Source of the DNA: Alphaproteobacteria bacterium
GTDB lineage: Bacteria > Pseudomonadota > Alphaproteobacteria > UBA828
NCBI GenBank assembly: GCA_965237415.1
Contig: CBDEFM010000002.1
Location: forward strand, 1,632,001 to 1,696,000
DNA length: 64,000 nucleotides
Direction: 5' to 3'
Positions 31,822-41,957 of this stretch are shown one piece after another; the stretch's first letter is position 1, and every line of letters starts with the position of its first letter. The notes below the pieces were generated by a model, which had not been told where the DNA came from, did not search any database, and was given only the letters and a program-made list of their open reading frames with translations. A program made the translations under genes and the position numbers.

Positions 31822-33021
31822 TCAGTGGCGGGTCGACCCCAGGATGGTCACGCAGGCGGCGGCAGCATCCGCGCCGATCCAGCCACCCGCGTTTTCGGCG
31901 AGACCGAACCGCGCGCCTTCCCGCTGGCGCGCGCCCGAACGGCCGCGCATCTGGTCGGCGAGCTCGACGAGCTGCGCCGCCCCGGTCGCGCCGATCGGGT
32001 GGCCCTTGCTGATGAGCCCGCCGCTCGGGTTGATCGGCATGCGGCCTTCGAGCGCAGTGACGCCATCCCTGAGCAGCCCGACGGCATCGCCGGGGGGACA
32101 GAAACCGAGCTGCTCGGAGAGCATCAGCTCCGCCGGCGCGGCGGCGTCATGGATCTCGGCTACGCTGATGTCCTCGGGCCCGAGCCCCGCCGTCTCGTAG
32201 GCGGCCCGCGCCGCAACTTCGGCCACCGGCGGCGCCTCCGGATCGTCGCCCTGGCCGGAGCGCAGCTCGCTGGCGAGCACCGCGACAGGGTTCACCGCCT
32301 TGCGCTGGGCGTAGTCCTCGCTCATCAGCACCAGCGCGGCGGCGCCGTCGCCGATCGGCGAGCACATCATCAGCGTAAGGGGCTCCGCGATCATGCGGCT
32401 CACCAGCACGTCCTCGACCGTGACCGCCTCCTGAAACTGCGCCTTCCCGTTGAGCGCACCGGCCCGGCGCTGCTTGACCGAGACCCGCGCGTAATCGGCA
32501 GGCGTCGCGCCGGTCCGCTCCGCAAAGTCCCGAGCGAGGTTCGAATAGAGATCCATGAAGACCGAGCCCGAGCCGGCACCGCCGGGGGCGATCCGCTTCT
32601 TGAGTTCCTCGAACTCGTCGCGGTCCGCCGCCGCCTCCAGTGCCTTGAGCGGCACTGTCCTGTCCTCGTTGCTCATCTTCTCGGCGCCGACCGCGAGCGC
32701 CACATCGCACTGGCCGGAGCCCACGGCCAGCACCGCCAGATGAAACGCGGTGGATGACGAGGCGCAGGCGTTCTCGACATTGACGATCGGCTTGCCGAGC
32801 AGCCCGGTATGACGCAGCGCGACCTGGCCGCGCACGCATTCCTGCGCGCCGAGCAGCCCGCCCGCCGCATTGCCGAAGAAGACTATGCCGACCTCGTCGG
32901 CCGCGGTGTCCGCGTCGGCAAGTGCCGCCGTCGCGGCTTCTGCGGCGAGCGCGCGCAGGTTCGTCTCCAGGAACTTGCCGAACCGGGTCATCCCGGTCCC
33001 GCCGATCATCACCTTGCGCAT
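31822..33021 (-). CDS. SCP2-type thiolase family protein
   Basis: VENACASSS, DGAAA, EIHDA, NPSGGLISKGHPIGATG. Confidence 0.92.
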   Translation of the reverse strand: MRKVMIGGTGMTRFGKFLETNLRALAAEAATAALADADTAADEVGIVFFGNAAGGLLGAQECVRGQVALRHTGLLGKPIVNVENACASSSTAFHLAVLAVGSGQCDVALAVGAEKMSNEDRTVPLKALEAAADRDEFEELKKRIAPGGAGSGSVFMDLYSNLARDFAERTGATPADYARVSVKQRRAGALNGKAQFQEAVTVEDVLVSRMIAEPLTLMMCSPIGDGAAALVLMSEDYAQRKAVNPVAVLASELRSGQGDDPEAPPVAEVAARAAYETAGLGPEDISVAEIHDAAAPAELMLSEQLGFCPPGDAVGLLRDGVTALEGRMPINPSGGLISKGHPIGATGAAQLVELADQMRGRSGARQREGARFGLAENAGGWIGADAAAACVTILGSTRH

Positions 33022-33058
33022 GTCATTCCTCCGAAAACGCTGCCCGCGACGGCACGCC

Positions 33059-34051
33059 TCAGGCCGTAAAGCCGAGAGAGGCGCGGAAGGCGCTCGCCGC
33101 GCCCCTGGCCTGCTCGGCGGCGTTCGCGTTGTCGGGCAACGCGGCGCAATAGGCGCCGATGGCGGCATCGCCGAGCGGTGCCCATTTGGCGACCCAGTCC
33201 GCCATCGTGGCCGCGTTGCCTTCCGTCCCGCGCGCGAATTCGACGAGCGCGCCGGTCCAACGCCGAGACCGCTCGCTGTCCTCCCACTGGGCATCCAGCA
33301 TCTGGGCCAGCAGCGTGTCGCGGCTAGCCCGTGCCGAGCGGACGAGCTGGCGGATGCACGCCTCGTCGAAGGCCGGTTTGGCGACGATGTTGAGGGCGAT
33401 GAAGTGCTCCGCCCAATCGTAGGTGGCGAGGACACGCTCCAGCAGTTCGCGGAAGCCCTGCCAGCAAGGGGCCTCCTCCCACGCCTTGCACTCGCCCGTG
33501 ACGAAGCCCGCATCGGCGTGGGCGTTGGCAAGTTCCCTGGTGCGGTAGGCGACTCGCGAGACCCAGCGGAGCTGATCGGCGGCCTGGAACATGGTGCAAT
33601 TCTCGATCGTGCTCGCCGGCACGATCTGCACCAGGTAGGCCGAGCCCATCTGCAGGCAGTGGAGCGGATAGCGCGTTGGCGTGTAGAGCCGCGCCAGCGC
33701 CGCCACCCAGTCCGCGTCCAGGCTGCCGTCGTGGGCGTTCTTCGCATGATCGCGGAGCAGGCCGTCGACATAGGTCTCGTGCCCGTCCTGCATTACGTTG
33801 TAGGAGCGGTAGACCACCTCGTCCGGGTCGCGGAAGGCGTCCCAGTCGTCGTGCTTGAGCGGCGAGTTGTTGCGGTATCGGAGATACCACTTGTTCATGT
33901 CGATGTCGGGCGAGAGCGCCCACGGCATCTCGTCGTCGGTGCTCCAGAGCAGGTTGGTCGAGACGATCTCGTACTCGCTCGGCCTGCGCCGCTTGCCGGC
34001 GAGGTGGCTCCAGGTCTTCAACGGCTTCAACAGGTCGGACTGATCGCTCAT
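33059..34051 (-). CDS. Soluble diiron monooxygenase hydroxylase beta subunit (TmoE/TouE-like)
   Basis: LKPLKTWSHLA...RPSEYEIVSTNL, DWDAFRDPD, RYPLH, WQGFRELLE, DSERSRRWT. Confidence 0.88.
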   Translation of the reverse strand: MSDQSDLLKPLKTWSHLAGKRRRPSEYEIVSTNLLWSTDDEMPWALSPDIDMNKWYLRYRNNSPLKHDDWDAFRDPDEVVYRSYNVMQDGHETYVDGLLRDHAKNAHDGSLDADWVAALARLYTPTRYPLHCLQMGSAYLVQIVPASTIENCTMFQAADQLRWVSRVAYRTRELANAHADAGFVTGECKAWEEAPCWQGFRELLERVLATYDWAEHFIALNIVAKPAFDEACIRQLVRSARASRDTLLAQMLDAQWEDSERSRRWTGALVEFARGTEGNAATMADWVAKWAPLGDAAIGAYCAALPDNANAAEQARGAASAFRASLGFTA

Positions 34052-34298
34052 GGGATGGTCACCGTCGCCGTGGCTTGTTCGCCGCGTGGGCGCGCGCCGG
34101 GCGTGGCGATTGTCCCCATCCGCCCGGACGCACGCAAGGCTGCTTCCATGGGCCGAAGCGGAGGAAGCGATTCGCACCTGTTCGCTATAAGAGATAATTA
34201 TAGATATCCAACACAAATACTCATTGGTCTCTTACTGGATGTATCGCCTATATGGATTGCGTCCGGCTTCTCAAGACGCCCATTTTCGGAGGAGAGGG

Positions 34299-35327
34299 AT
34301 GAGCCTTACGAAGATTGCCGGAGCCCTCGCGGTGGCCGGCGCGGTGACGTTTGCGGCCGGGCTTCAGAGCCAGGCCGCAACGCTCGACGATGTGAGGGCC
34401 GACGACCGGCTCAGATGCGGCATCAATCCGGGTCTGCCGGGCTTCTCCCATACCGACGACAGGGGCAGGTGGTCGGGATTCGAGGCGGCTTATTGCCGGG
34501 CGCTGGCCGCCGCCGTGCTGGGCGATGCGGAGAAGATCTCGTTCGTCACCCTGACCGGGAAGACGCGATTCCCGGCCTTGGCCTCCGGAGAAGTCGACAT
34601 CCTGTCGCGCAACACCACATGGACCTACTCGCGCGATGTCGACCTCGGCTTCACCTTCATCGGCATCAACTACTATGACGGCCAGGGCTTCCTCGGCCGC
34701 CGGGAGCTCGGCGTGGAGAGCGCCATCGAGCTCGACGGCGCCTCGGTCTGCATCCAGACCGGCACGACCACCGAGCTCAACCTCGCGGACTTCTTCCGCG
34801 TCAACGGCATCGGCTACGAGCCTGTGCCGCTCGAGACCAATGCGGAGGCCCGCGCGGCCTACGAGGCGGAGCGCTGCGATGTCTACACGACGGACGTTTC
34901 GGGCCTCGCGGCGACGAAGTCGACCTTCGACGACCCGGACGCGCACGTGATTTACCCGCAAATCATCTCGAAGGAGCCGCTGGGTCCCCTGGTACGCCAG
35001 GGCGACGACCAGTGGGCGGACATCGCACGCTGGGTGCTGAACGCGCTGATCACGGCCGAGGAGCTCGGCGTGACCCAGGCGAACGTGGCGGAGATGGCGA
35101 AGGGGACCGACCATCCCGAGATCAACCGGATGCTGGGGACGGAAGGCTCGCTCGGCGAGATGCTGGGCCTCGATGCCAAGTGGGCGGTGCGCGCGATTGC
35201 GGCGGAGGGCAACTACGCCGAGATCTTCGAGAAGTACCTTGGCGCCGGCAGCCCGCTCGGCCTGCCGCGCGGCTTCAGCGCCCTCTACAGCGACGGTGGC
35301 ATCCTTTACTCACCCCCGTTCCGCTAA
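34299..35327 (+). CDS. aapJ: General L-amino acid ABC solute-binding protein (AapJ/BztA)
   Basis: SRNTTWT, YYDGQGF, GTTTELN, ISKEPLGP, YSPPFR. Confidence 0.9.
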   Translation: MSLTKIAGALAVAGAVTFAAGLQSQAATLDDVRADDRLRCGINPGLPGFSHTDDRGRWSGFEAAYCRALAAAVLGDAEKISFVTLTGKTRFPALASGEVDILSRNTTWTYSRDVDLGFTFIGINYYDGQGFLGRRELGVESAIELDGASVCIQTGTTTELNLADFFRVNGIGYEPVPLETNAEARAAYEAERCDVYTTDVSGLAATKSTFDDPDAHVIYPQIISKEPLGPLVRQGDDQWADIARWVLNALITAEELGVTQANVAEMAKGTDHPEINRMLGTEGSLGEMLGLDAKWAVRAIAAEGNYAEIFEKYLGAGSPLGLPRGFSALYSDGGILYSPPFR

Positions 35328-35353
35328 AAGGCGACGCCCACCGGGCGGTGCGC

Positions 35354-36732
35354 TGTCGAGAACAATCTGAGTTGGCCGGTTTATGTACCATATGGATTGA
35401 CCGCTTCTGTTGCGGTTGCTGGCCCTGTGGGGAAGTGCTCGGGCGCGGCGCGGCTGTCCACTTGTCCACAGGGCATCGGCCGGTCGCGTCGAAGCGTCTC
35501 ATGCGGCCTGCCGGGTTGGGGTGTCGATCGGTTGGCCATCGGCGTGGTATCGCGCCAGACATCGCGGTCCATGGAAGACGGCCATTGTGCCGTCGGGGTA
35601 TTCGTGGACGCGGATCCTGGCCTTGACGTAATGGCGGCGGTGGCGGCCGGCGGGGATCTGAAGTTCCAGGCGCTTGTAGCGCACCGTGTTGTCGTTCGAG
35701 ACGGTGCGCTCCTCGTGGATGCAGAGGATGTCGTCGAGCGCGCCTGCGAAGGGCACGAAGGCGCTGCCCTGGTCCTCGGCCGGGGCCGCGAAGCGGGCGT
35801 TGTGTTGTGGCAGGAAGAGCTCCTTGAGGAAGCGGTTGGCCTCGGCGATCTCGGTGATGCCGGCGAGCCTGAGTTCCTGGGGCAGGCGTTTCTGCAGGGT
35901 CCCGAACATGCGCTCGGAGCGCCCCCTGGCCTCGGGCGAATAGGCCGCGATCAGCTCGATGTCGAGCTGCTGAAGCGCACGGCCGACCTGGGTCGGGGTG
36001 TCCTTGTCCACCGTGCCGCCGGCCTCGGGCGTGTTCCAGTAGTGGCTGGCGCGGTCGGCGTAGAACGAGCAGAACAGGCCCTTGGCCCGGATCGCCTCGG
36101 ACACCCCCTGGAAGCTCGACATGGTGCCCTCTTCGGCGACGAAGAAGGCCGAGTAGATATCGCCGGTCGCATCGTCCATGGTGACGATCAGGTCCCACCA
36201 TCGACCGGGGACCCACGCGTGGCTCGAGCCGTCCTGATGCAGCATCATGCCGGGGAGCGCACGGCGCGGCCGCTTGCGCCGGTGCGCCCCACGCCTGGGC
36301 GCCGCGCGCCTGCGCCCGTGGGCTTGCAAGCTCAGCCGCAGCCAGTTGTAGCTGCGCTTGAAGCCGTGATCGGCCACCAGCTTCTCGTGGAAGTGCTTGG
36401 CCGTGAAGTCCCAGTAGCGGGTGTCGAACAACTCCAGCACCCGCGCCACCTCGTCCGCCGGCGCGCGCCGCGCCGAGAGGCGGCCCAGGCGGCGGTCGTA
36501 GAGACCCTCCGCGCCTTCCGCCTCGTAGCGATCGCGCCAGCGCCGGAAGGTGCGCTCCGAGACACCCAGAACCTCCGCCGCCTCCGCCTGGCTCAAGCCA
36601 CCCCGATGGGTGCGCCCGTAAACCTCCTCGAACTTCATCAATCTCAGTCCCTGTACCTGCTCCGTCCGACGCATCGCCGCCCTCCATGGCTTGGAGGCGT
36701 TCTAAAACCGGACAGATCGCGTGTTACCGACA
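35354..36732 (-). mobile_element. ISNCY/IS1202-like (IS481-related) insertion sequence
   Basis: TGT...ACA ends; imperfect IRs TGTCGAGAACA..CCGGTTT / TGTCGGTAACA..CCGGTTT; no TSD seen. Confidence 0.8.
35499..36674 (-). CDS. DDE transposase (ISNCY/IS1202-like)
   Basis: HTH, HQDGSSHAW, MDDAT, YADRASHY, SPEARGRSER. Confidence 0.92.
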   Translation of the reverse strand: MRRTEQVQGLRLMKFEEVYGRTHRGGLSQAEAAEVLGVSERTFRRWRDRYEAEGAEGLYDRRLGRLSARRAPADEVARVLELFDTRYWDFTAKHFHEKLVADHGFKRSYNWLRLSLQAHGRRRAAPRRGAHRRKRPRRALPGMMLHQDGSSHAWVPGRWWDLIVTMDDATGDIYSAFFVAEEGTMSSFQGVSEAIRAKGLFCSFYADRASHYWNTPEAGGTVDKDTPTQVGRALQQLDIELIAAYSPEARGRSERMFGTLQKRLPQELRLAGITEIAEANRFLKELFLPQHNARFAAPAEDQGSAFVPFAGALDDILCIHEERTVSNDNTVRYKRLELQIPAGRHRRHYVKARIRVHEYPDGTMAVFHGPRCLARYHADGQPIDTPTRQAA

Positions 36733-36749
36733 GCAGCGAGGACCGCCGC

Positions 36750-36778
36750 TTGACCCTGTGTCGCCGCCTCCCTATCGT
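36750..36778 (+). promoter_or_regulatory. Probable tRNA-Lys promoter
   Basis: TTGACC-N17-TATCGT followed by a GC-rich discriminator. Confidence 0.55.
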
Positions 36779-36791
36779 TTCGCGCCGCGGC

Positions 36792-36866
36792 GCGCCCGTA
36801 GCTCAGTGGTAGAGCATCTGACTTTTAATCAGAGGGTCCCTGGTTCGAACCCAGGCGGGCGTACCA
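36792..36866 (+). tRNA. tRNA-Lys (UUU)
   Basis: GCGCCCG/CGGGCGT acceptor, TCTGA-CTTTTAA-TCAGA anticodon arm, GTTCGAA, encoded CCA. Confidence 0.97.
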
Positions 36867-36914
36867 ACAAATTCAATCATTTCGCGGATTTTCAGGAGAG
36901 TCGCAAAGCGACCA

Positions 36915-36936
36915 TGTCAGCACGGTGTCAGCACGG
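36915..36936. repeat. 11-bp tandem direct repeat TGTCAGCACGG x2 (possible integrase arm site)
   Basis: Read directly, about 50 bp after the tRNA; the arm-site role is inference. Confidence 0.6.
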
Positions 36937-37057
36937 CGCGGCCATCCTGCGGAACGGGGATCACGGGCAACACGGCAGCGGATCCTTCCTTACCTAGCCG
37001 CAACCCGAGGTTCGCCGCCCGGGCGCCGCTATGCCAAGCAATTGGAGCGGCGACTAG

Positions 37058-37870
37058 GGCCTGTTCACACTAACGCAGTGCATCGCATATGAGCGCGAAG
37101 AGGATGAACCCGAGGAAGATCACGTCGAGCTTCTCGAATCGAGAGAAGATTCGGCGGAAGCCCTTGAGGCGTCGGAACAGGCGCTCGATTTCGTTGCGCC
37201 GCCTGTACATCTCCCGGTTGTATACCCAGGGGTCGCGCCGGGTCTTGAGCGGCGGAACCACGGGTGTGAAGCCGAGGTCGAGCGCCAGTTGGCGTGTCTC
37301 GTTGCCTTCGTACGCGCGGTCCATGATCAGACAGGGCTGGTGCGGTTGCGCGCCGAGGCGCTGGAGCAGCTTGCGCCCTTCGGGAGCATCGTGGGCCTGT
37401 CCGGGCGACAGCGAGAACGTTATGGCCGTCCGGGCATCCGCGGCAACCATATGAAGCTTGGTGGTCCAGCCGCCTCGGGATCTGCCGATCGACTGCGGTC
37501 CGTTTTTTTTAGCGCCCCAGTCCCGTCGGGATGCACCTTGACGATGGTGCTGTCCAGCGACAGCGCTTCGAGCTTGATGCGCACGATCTGTTCTCGTTGC
37601 AGCTGTTCGAAGACCCGGTCGAGGACGCCGTTCTTCGACCAGCGGTTCATGCGCATGTAAATGGTGTGCCAATTGCCGAAGTGACTGGGCAAGCCGCGCC
37701 ATTTGCAGCCATGCTCCGCCACGTACAGGATGGCGTTGAGCACCTGCAGGTTCGACAGGCTGACGTTGCCGCGTTGCACCGGAAGGTACGGGGCAATGCG
37801 AGCGTATTGGGCTTCCGTGATCTCCATCCGAGAATGATAACACGATTCGCATAATTAGCGTGAACAGGCC
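37058..37870 (-). mobile_element. IS5 family element (IS427-group-like)
   Basis: IRs GGCCTGTTCAC / GTGAACAGGCC flanked on both sides by CTAG. Confidence 0.92.
37070..37827 (-). CDS. IS5 transposase, two ORFs joined by a probable programmed -1 frameshift
   Basis: LNAILY..GCKWRGLP..LDSTIVKVH, then GRSRGGWTTKLH..DRAY..YRRRNEIER; A8 run at 37503-37510. Confidence 0.9.
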
Positions 37871-38976
37871 CTAGACGAGGCCGCGCCGGGTCGATTGCAT
37901 GGCGGCTGTGAACAATAGTATCGGACGTCACCAAGCGCGTGACGTTGCAGGACGGCCCGGACGGTTCGAGTTGATAACCACCAGTCAACCCCGTCGGGAA
38001 CCTCGCGCGTCCCATGAACCGCGCGGAGTGAAGAGCCGGGGCGCCCGACCCTACCTCGATCCAGCCTCCCGCCTCCCCTGCATCTCAGGGGCCTCGCCAG
38101 GTCACCTCAACCGTGGCGGCGTCGCCACCGCTCCTTCTACGCTCAGACCCCACCACCCCGTGCGGGCAGGTCAACCGAGGCGGCAGCGTGGGCTAAACGT
38201 CGTCTCGTTACAGTTACCCGGACAACGCCCACCACTCACATAATGATTTAGACCCCCAAGCGGCCTTCATACCTTACTACATTATCCCACCAAGGAGTTG
38301 TTTTACTGGACGCCAGCCCAGCAGACCTTACCATTCGCCAAACTGAACTAGGGCCACTCTCCCCAATATACATGTCGCAGAGGAGAAAAACCGCCCTATT
38401 TGGGAAAACGACGTGTCGAGAGCCGTATTACTACTATCCCGTTTGGCCGATACTGGCCAGTACTCAGACGACTCAGGTCTGCGTTATTTCGGTACACCAA
38501 CGATGCTCTATACTCAAGAGCTTCCCCTTTTGTTAGTGCAGTACTATAGACCCGATCGAATATCCGTATTTGTCATTACAATATCATAACATGTCCTCCA
38601 TAACTCTCAATGTCTCGCTACTGTCAGTCAGTTACACTTGACCTATCTCACTTTCGTACATACCGTAACTGCGCGTATGGTTGGACATGCTTCTCTCTTT
38701 CGGTGGGTTACAATGCCCCGAGACACCGTGCGTCCTAAGTTACTAAGCTACACATCTGGTGAATTGTCCGACACGGATATGAAAACATATATTGGATTAT
38801 TGTGCCGACACATTCAACCACATTACGCCGAAAACGACAATACCCAATTATCCTGAGATTTTGAAAATAACCAAAGGACGGAGACAGGCAGCCGTAAACA
38901 ATCGAACTCCTCAGGCTTTTCGTGCGAGTCTCAATGTCACTGTTCGCCCGCATGTACTCAGAGAAAACTCCTACAA

Positions 38977-39843
38977 ATGCCTGTTAACGTAAGCGGTCCT
39001 TTGGTAAGCATAATCGTGCCGGTCCACAATACGGCCGCTTCCCTTCACAGGGCACTGAGGTCCGTGCTTAGCCAGACACTGACTGATTATGAACTCATAT
39101 TAGTGGATGATTGCTCTGCAGACGAGAGTATTAGAATGTTAAAGAAGTATGGCGAGCTCGATGAGCGAGTGAGGCTTTTTTCGACCTCCAGGAACAGCGG
39201 CCCTGGGGCAGCGCGTAACGTCGGTCTCAAGAATGCACGTGGACGGTACATCGCGTTTTTGGATGCAGATGATTTTTGGGTGAGCAACAAACTAGAACTG
39301 CAAATTCGATCCTTTGAAGACGATAAAGTAATATTATCTCACACAAGAGTGGTCCTTCTTAACACACGGGGCGATATAGTGGGAATTGTAAACGGCCGGA
39401 AGAAAATGCATTTGTTTGACATGTACGTTGGAAATCGCGTTACCATGAGCAGTGCAATGATTCGGAGAAACGTGGTTGGCGGGCAAGAAATGCCAAGACT
39501 ACGAAACCGTGAGGATTATGCGTATTGGATATCTCTACTGCAGCGTAACGATGGTTATATTACGTGTGTTCCTGAAGTCTTGGTTGGGTATGTCAAAATG
39601 CCAGGGTCAGTATCGTCGAATATTTTGCGGAACGTCGTGGATACTTACCGAATGTACGTCTCAGAAGTGGGCATGAGTCCGGTAAAGGCTGTGATGTTGG
39701 TGGTGGTATTCTCCTGCTTTAAATTTTATAAGGAGGTGAAGGCGAGATTTAATTGGATGCTTTTATCGCAATACGAGAAAATGAATCTAAAGACGTCTAT
39801 TGACCTCTATTGGAATTGGGATAAGCAAGGAGAAAGGCCATAG
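38977..39843 (+). CDS. Glycosyltransferase family 2 (low GC)
   Basis: VSIIVPVHN, VDDCSAD, GPGAARN, FLDADD, EDY. Confidence 0.92.
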   Translation: MPVNVSGPLVSIIVPVHNTAASLHRALRSVLSQTLTDYELILVDDCSADESIRMLKKYGELDERVRLFSTSRNSGPGAARNVGLKNARGRYIAFLDADDFWVSNKLELQIRSFEDDKVILSHTRVVLLNTRGDIVGIVNGRKKMHLFDMYVGNRVTMSSAMIRRNVVGGQEMPRLRNREDYAYWISLLQRNDGYITCVPEVLVGYVKMPGSVSSNILRNVVDTYRMYVSEVGMSPVKAVMLVVVFSCFKFYKEVKARFNWMLLSQYEKMNLKTSIDLYWNWDKQGERP

Positions 39844-39995
39844 CCGAGTGTCTGCGCTGTTCGAAGAAATCTGGACGATGGCGGCCTCAAGGAAGTGTGC
39901 AGAGATAGCGTCTATAGCGGTGGTGTGTATAGAGATGGATATCACCTGACATTGCCGCCCCTGTGTAGCCGGTTTGCGGCCGCAGCGCCCCAACT

Positions 39996-40751
39996 CTATG
40001 CCGCGTTCTTATATTCCTGCAGCACCTCGTCGATCGGCCCGCGAGCCTCGACTCTTCCCGCGTCGAGCAGGACGCCCGTGGTGCAGACGCGCTGGAGAAG
40101 GCCTACATTCTGGGATGCGAGCACCAAAATTCCGGCACACTCTACGAACTCCTCGAGCCGGCGCTTTGCTTTCTCGACGAAGGCGCGGTCGCCCATGCCC
40201 AACCATTCGTCCATCAACAGGATCTCGGGCTCGAAGCAGGTGCAGACGGCAAAGGCGAGCCGCAGCCGCATACCCGCCGAATATGTATGCACCGGCATCG
40301 CCAGATAGTCGCCAAGCTCGGTGAACGCCGCGATCTCGTCCATACGCTCGCGCACCTGCTCCGGCATCAGTCCCAGGAAGAGCCCCCGGGTCATGATGTT
40401 CTCGTAGCCCGTCGCTTCCGAATTGATACCGAGCGACACGCTCAGCAGCGAAGCCGTTCGGCCGTGTCGATAAACGCGACCGTGCGCGGGTTCATAGGCA
40501 CCCGCGAGCACGCGCAGCAGCGTCGTCTTGCCAGCGCCGTTGGGGCCGACAAGACCGACCCGATCACCGTGCTTGAACGCGAGACTCACGTCTTCGAGCG
40601 CACGCACCCACAGCCGTCTGCCGGCGCCGCGCGCGATGCGCCCGCCCGTGCCGTGATGCAGCAATCGATTCTTCAGCGAGCGCGTATTGGTGCTGTAGAC
40701 GGGGAAGTCGACCGTGACCGACTCGAGCCGAAGGCTGACCGCGGCGCTCAT
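39996..40751 (-). CDS. wzt: Polysaccharide export ABC ATP-binding protein
   Basis: GPNGAGKTT, TGYENI, YSAGMRLRLAFA; no C-terminal carbohydrate-binding domain. Confidence 0.88.
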   Translation of the reverse strand: MSAAVSLRLESVTVDFPVYSTNTRSLKNRLLHHGTGGRIARGAGRRLWVRALEDVSLAFKHGDRVGLVGPNGAGKTTLLRVLAGAYEPAHGRVYRHGRTASLLSVSLGINSEATGYENIMTRGLFLGLMPEQVRERMDEIAAFTELGDYLAMPVHTYSAGMRLRLAFAVCTCFEPEILLMDEWLGMGDRAFVEKAKRRLEEFVECAGILVLASQNVGLLQRVCTTGVLLDAGRVEARGPIDEVLQEYKNAA

Positions 40752-41704
40752 ACCCAGTAGGCGATCCGCCAGCGATAGCGGCGGAAGAACGCGAACGCCA
40801 AGACCCAGCCCCCGATCGTCATGCTCAGCACCGCGATCCAGGAGGAGAGCCCCGGCACCTCCCCCAGCAGCGGCGCCCGCACCACCTCGACCAGATGGTA
40901 GAAGGGGTTGAATTCCAGCACCATGGCGCGCTGCGGGACGAGCTCCGGCATCCAGATGATCGGAGTCACAAAGAAGCAGATGCGTACGATGCTCGCCACG
41001 ATCGGCGGCACGTCGCGGAAGCGGGCCGAGACGATGCCGAACAGCAGGACCGCCCAAATGCCGTTGAGGCAGAGGAGCACGAGACCCGGCAGGGCGAGAA
41101 GGCCGGCCCAGCCCGGCCAGACCCCGAAAACAGCGGCCACGACGACGAAGACCAAGGCATTGTGAAAAAGGATGAGGAGGTTACGCCAGAGCAGGCGATA
41201 CACGTGGACGGAGAGCGGCAACCCCACTTGCTTGATTATGCTCTCCGCATTGATGAACACTTGGCAGCCGTCGGTGATGACGCCGGAGATCAGCGCCCAT
41301 ACGATGAAGCCGAGCGCGAGGAACGGCACATACTCCGCGATCTCGACCTGGAGCAGCATTCCATAGAGAAAACCCAGCGCGCTCACCAACGCGCCCATGC
41401 TCAGCGTCAGCCAGAACGGTCCCAGCACGGAGCGCCGATAGCGCTGCCGGATATCTCGCCAGCCGAGCAGGTACCACAGGTGATGCGCTCGCACGCCCTG
41501 TACGAGATCGAAGAGAGCTAGCGCGGTCTGCGACGGAGCCGGCGCCAGGCTCGATTTCGAGGCATCGTCGAAGACCTGCGCTGCCGCTTCCTCGCCCGCC
41601 CCCGCCGGACGAGCGCCCGCATCCACTCGCGATGTTGGCAATGCCGCCCCTCTCACTGCCGCGCGGGACCGAGGCCGCGACCACCCCGTCGGCCCCTTCC
41701 ACAC
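40748..41704 (-). CDS. wzm: Polysaccharide export ABC-2 permease (start uncertain)
   Basis: DIRQRYRRSVLGPFW, ARFRDV, FFVTPIIW, NPFYH. Confidence 0.88.
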   Translation of the reverse strand: MWKGPTGWSRPRSRAAVRGAALPTSRVDAGARPAGAGEEAAAQVFDDASKSSLAPAPSQTALALFDLVQGVRAHHLWYLLGWRDIRQRYRRSVLGPFWLTLSMGALVSALGFLYGMLLQVEIAEYVPFLALGFIVWALISGVITDGCQVFINAESIIKQVGLPLSVHVYRLLWRNLLILFHNALVFVVVAAVFGVWPGWAGLLALPGLVLLCLNGIWAVLLFGIVSARFRDVPPIVASIVRICFFVTPIIWMPELVPQRAMVLEFNPFYHLVEVVRAPLLGEVPGLSSWIAVLSMTIGGWVLAFAFFRRYRWRIAYWV

Positions 41705-41957
41705 GCTCTCGGAGACCTGCTGCGCCGCGGACTCTAGCGAAACCGCTTATCGTATCAAGCGTGCATGCATGCTTTGGCGGTGCCCAAGCGCGAGAGGTTG
41801 GTTCCCAGCAGGGCTGGCCCGGTCTATCGATCAGAAGAGACGGGGCTCGACGGGGAGCCCGCACGTTGGCCAGTCGGAATGGCCTTCGGCACCCACGGCG
41901 AACATCCCCCCGCTCCTCCCGTGGGACGAGAGGGCCGGCGTGAAGGGGGGGCGTCGC

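Noticed and set aside
37490-37515. IS5 transposase as a pseudogene
   Set aside because: The A8 run at the ORF overlap is the usual programmed frameshift site in this group
37875-38976. Gene hidden in the plain reverse or plain complement reading
   Set aside because: Partial manual translation gave only short or non-protein-like frames
41900-41952. REP-like element or terminator between wzm and the Mo-hydroxylase
   Set aside because: Degenerate single copy with imperfect pairing
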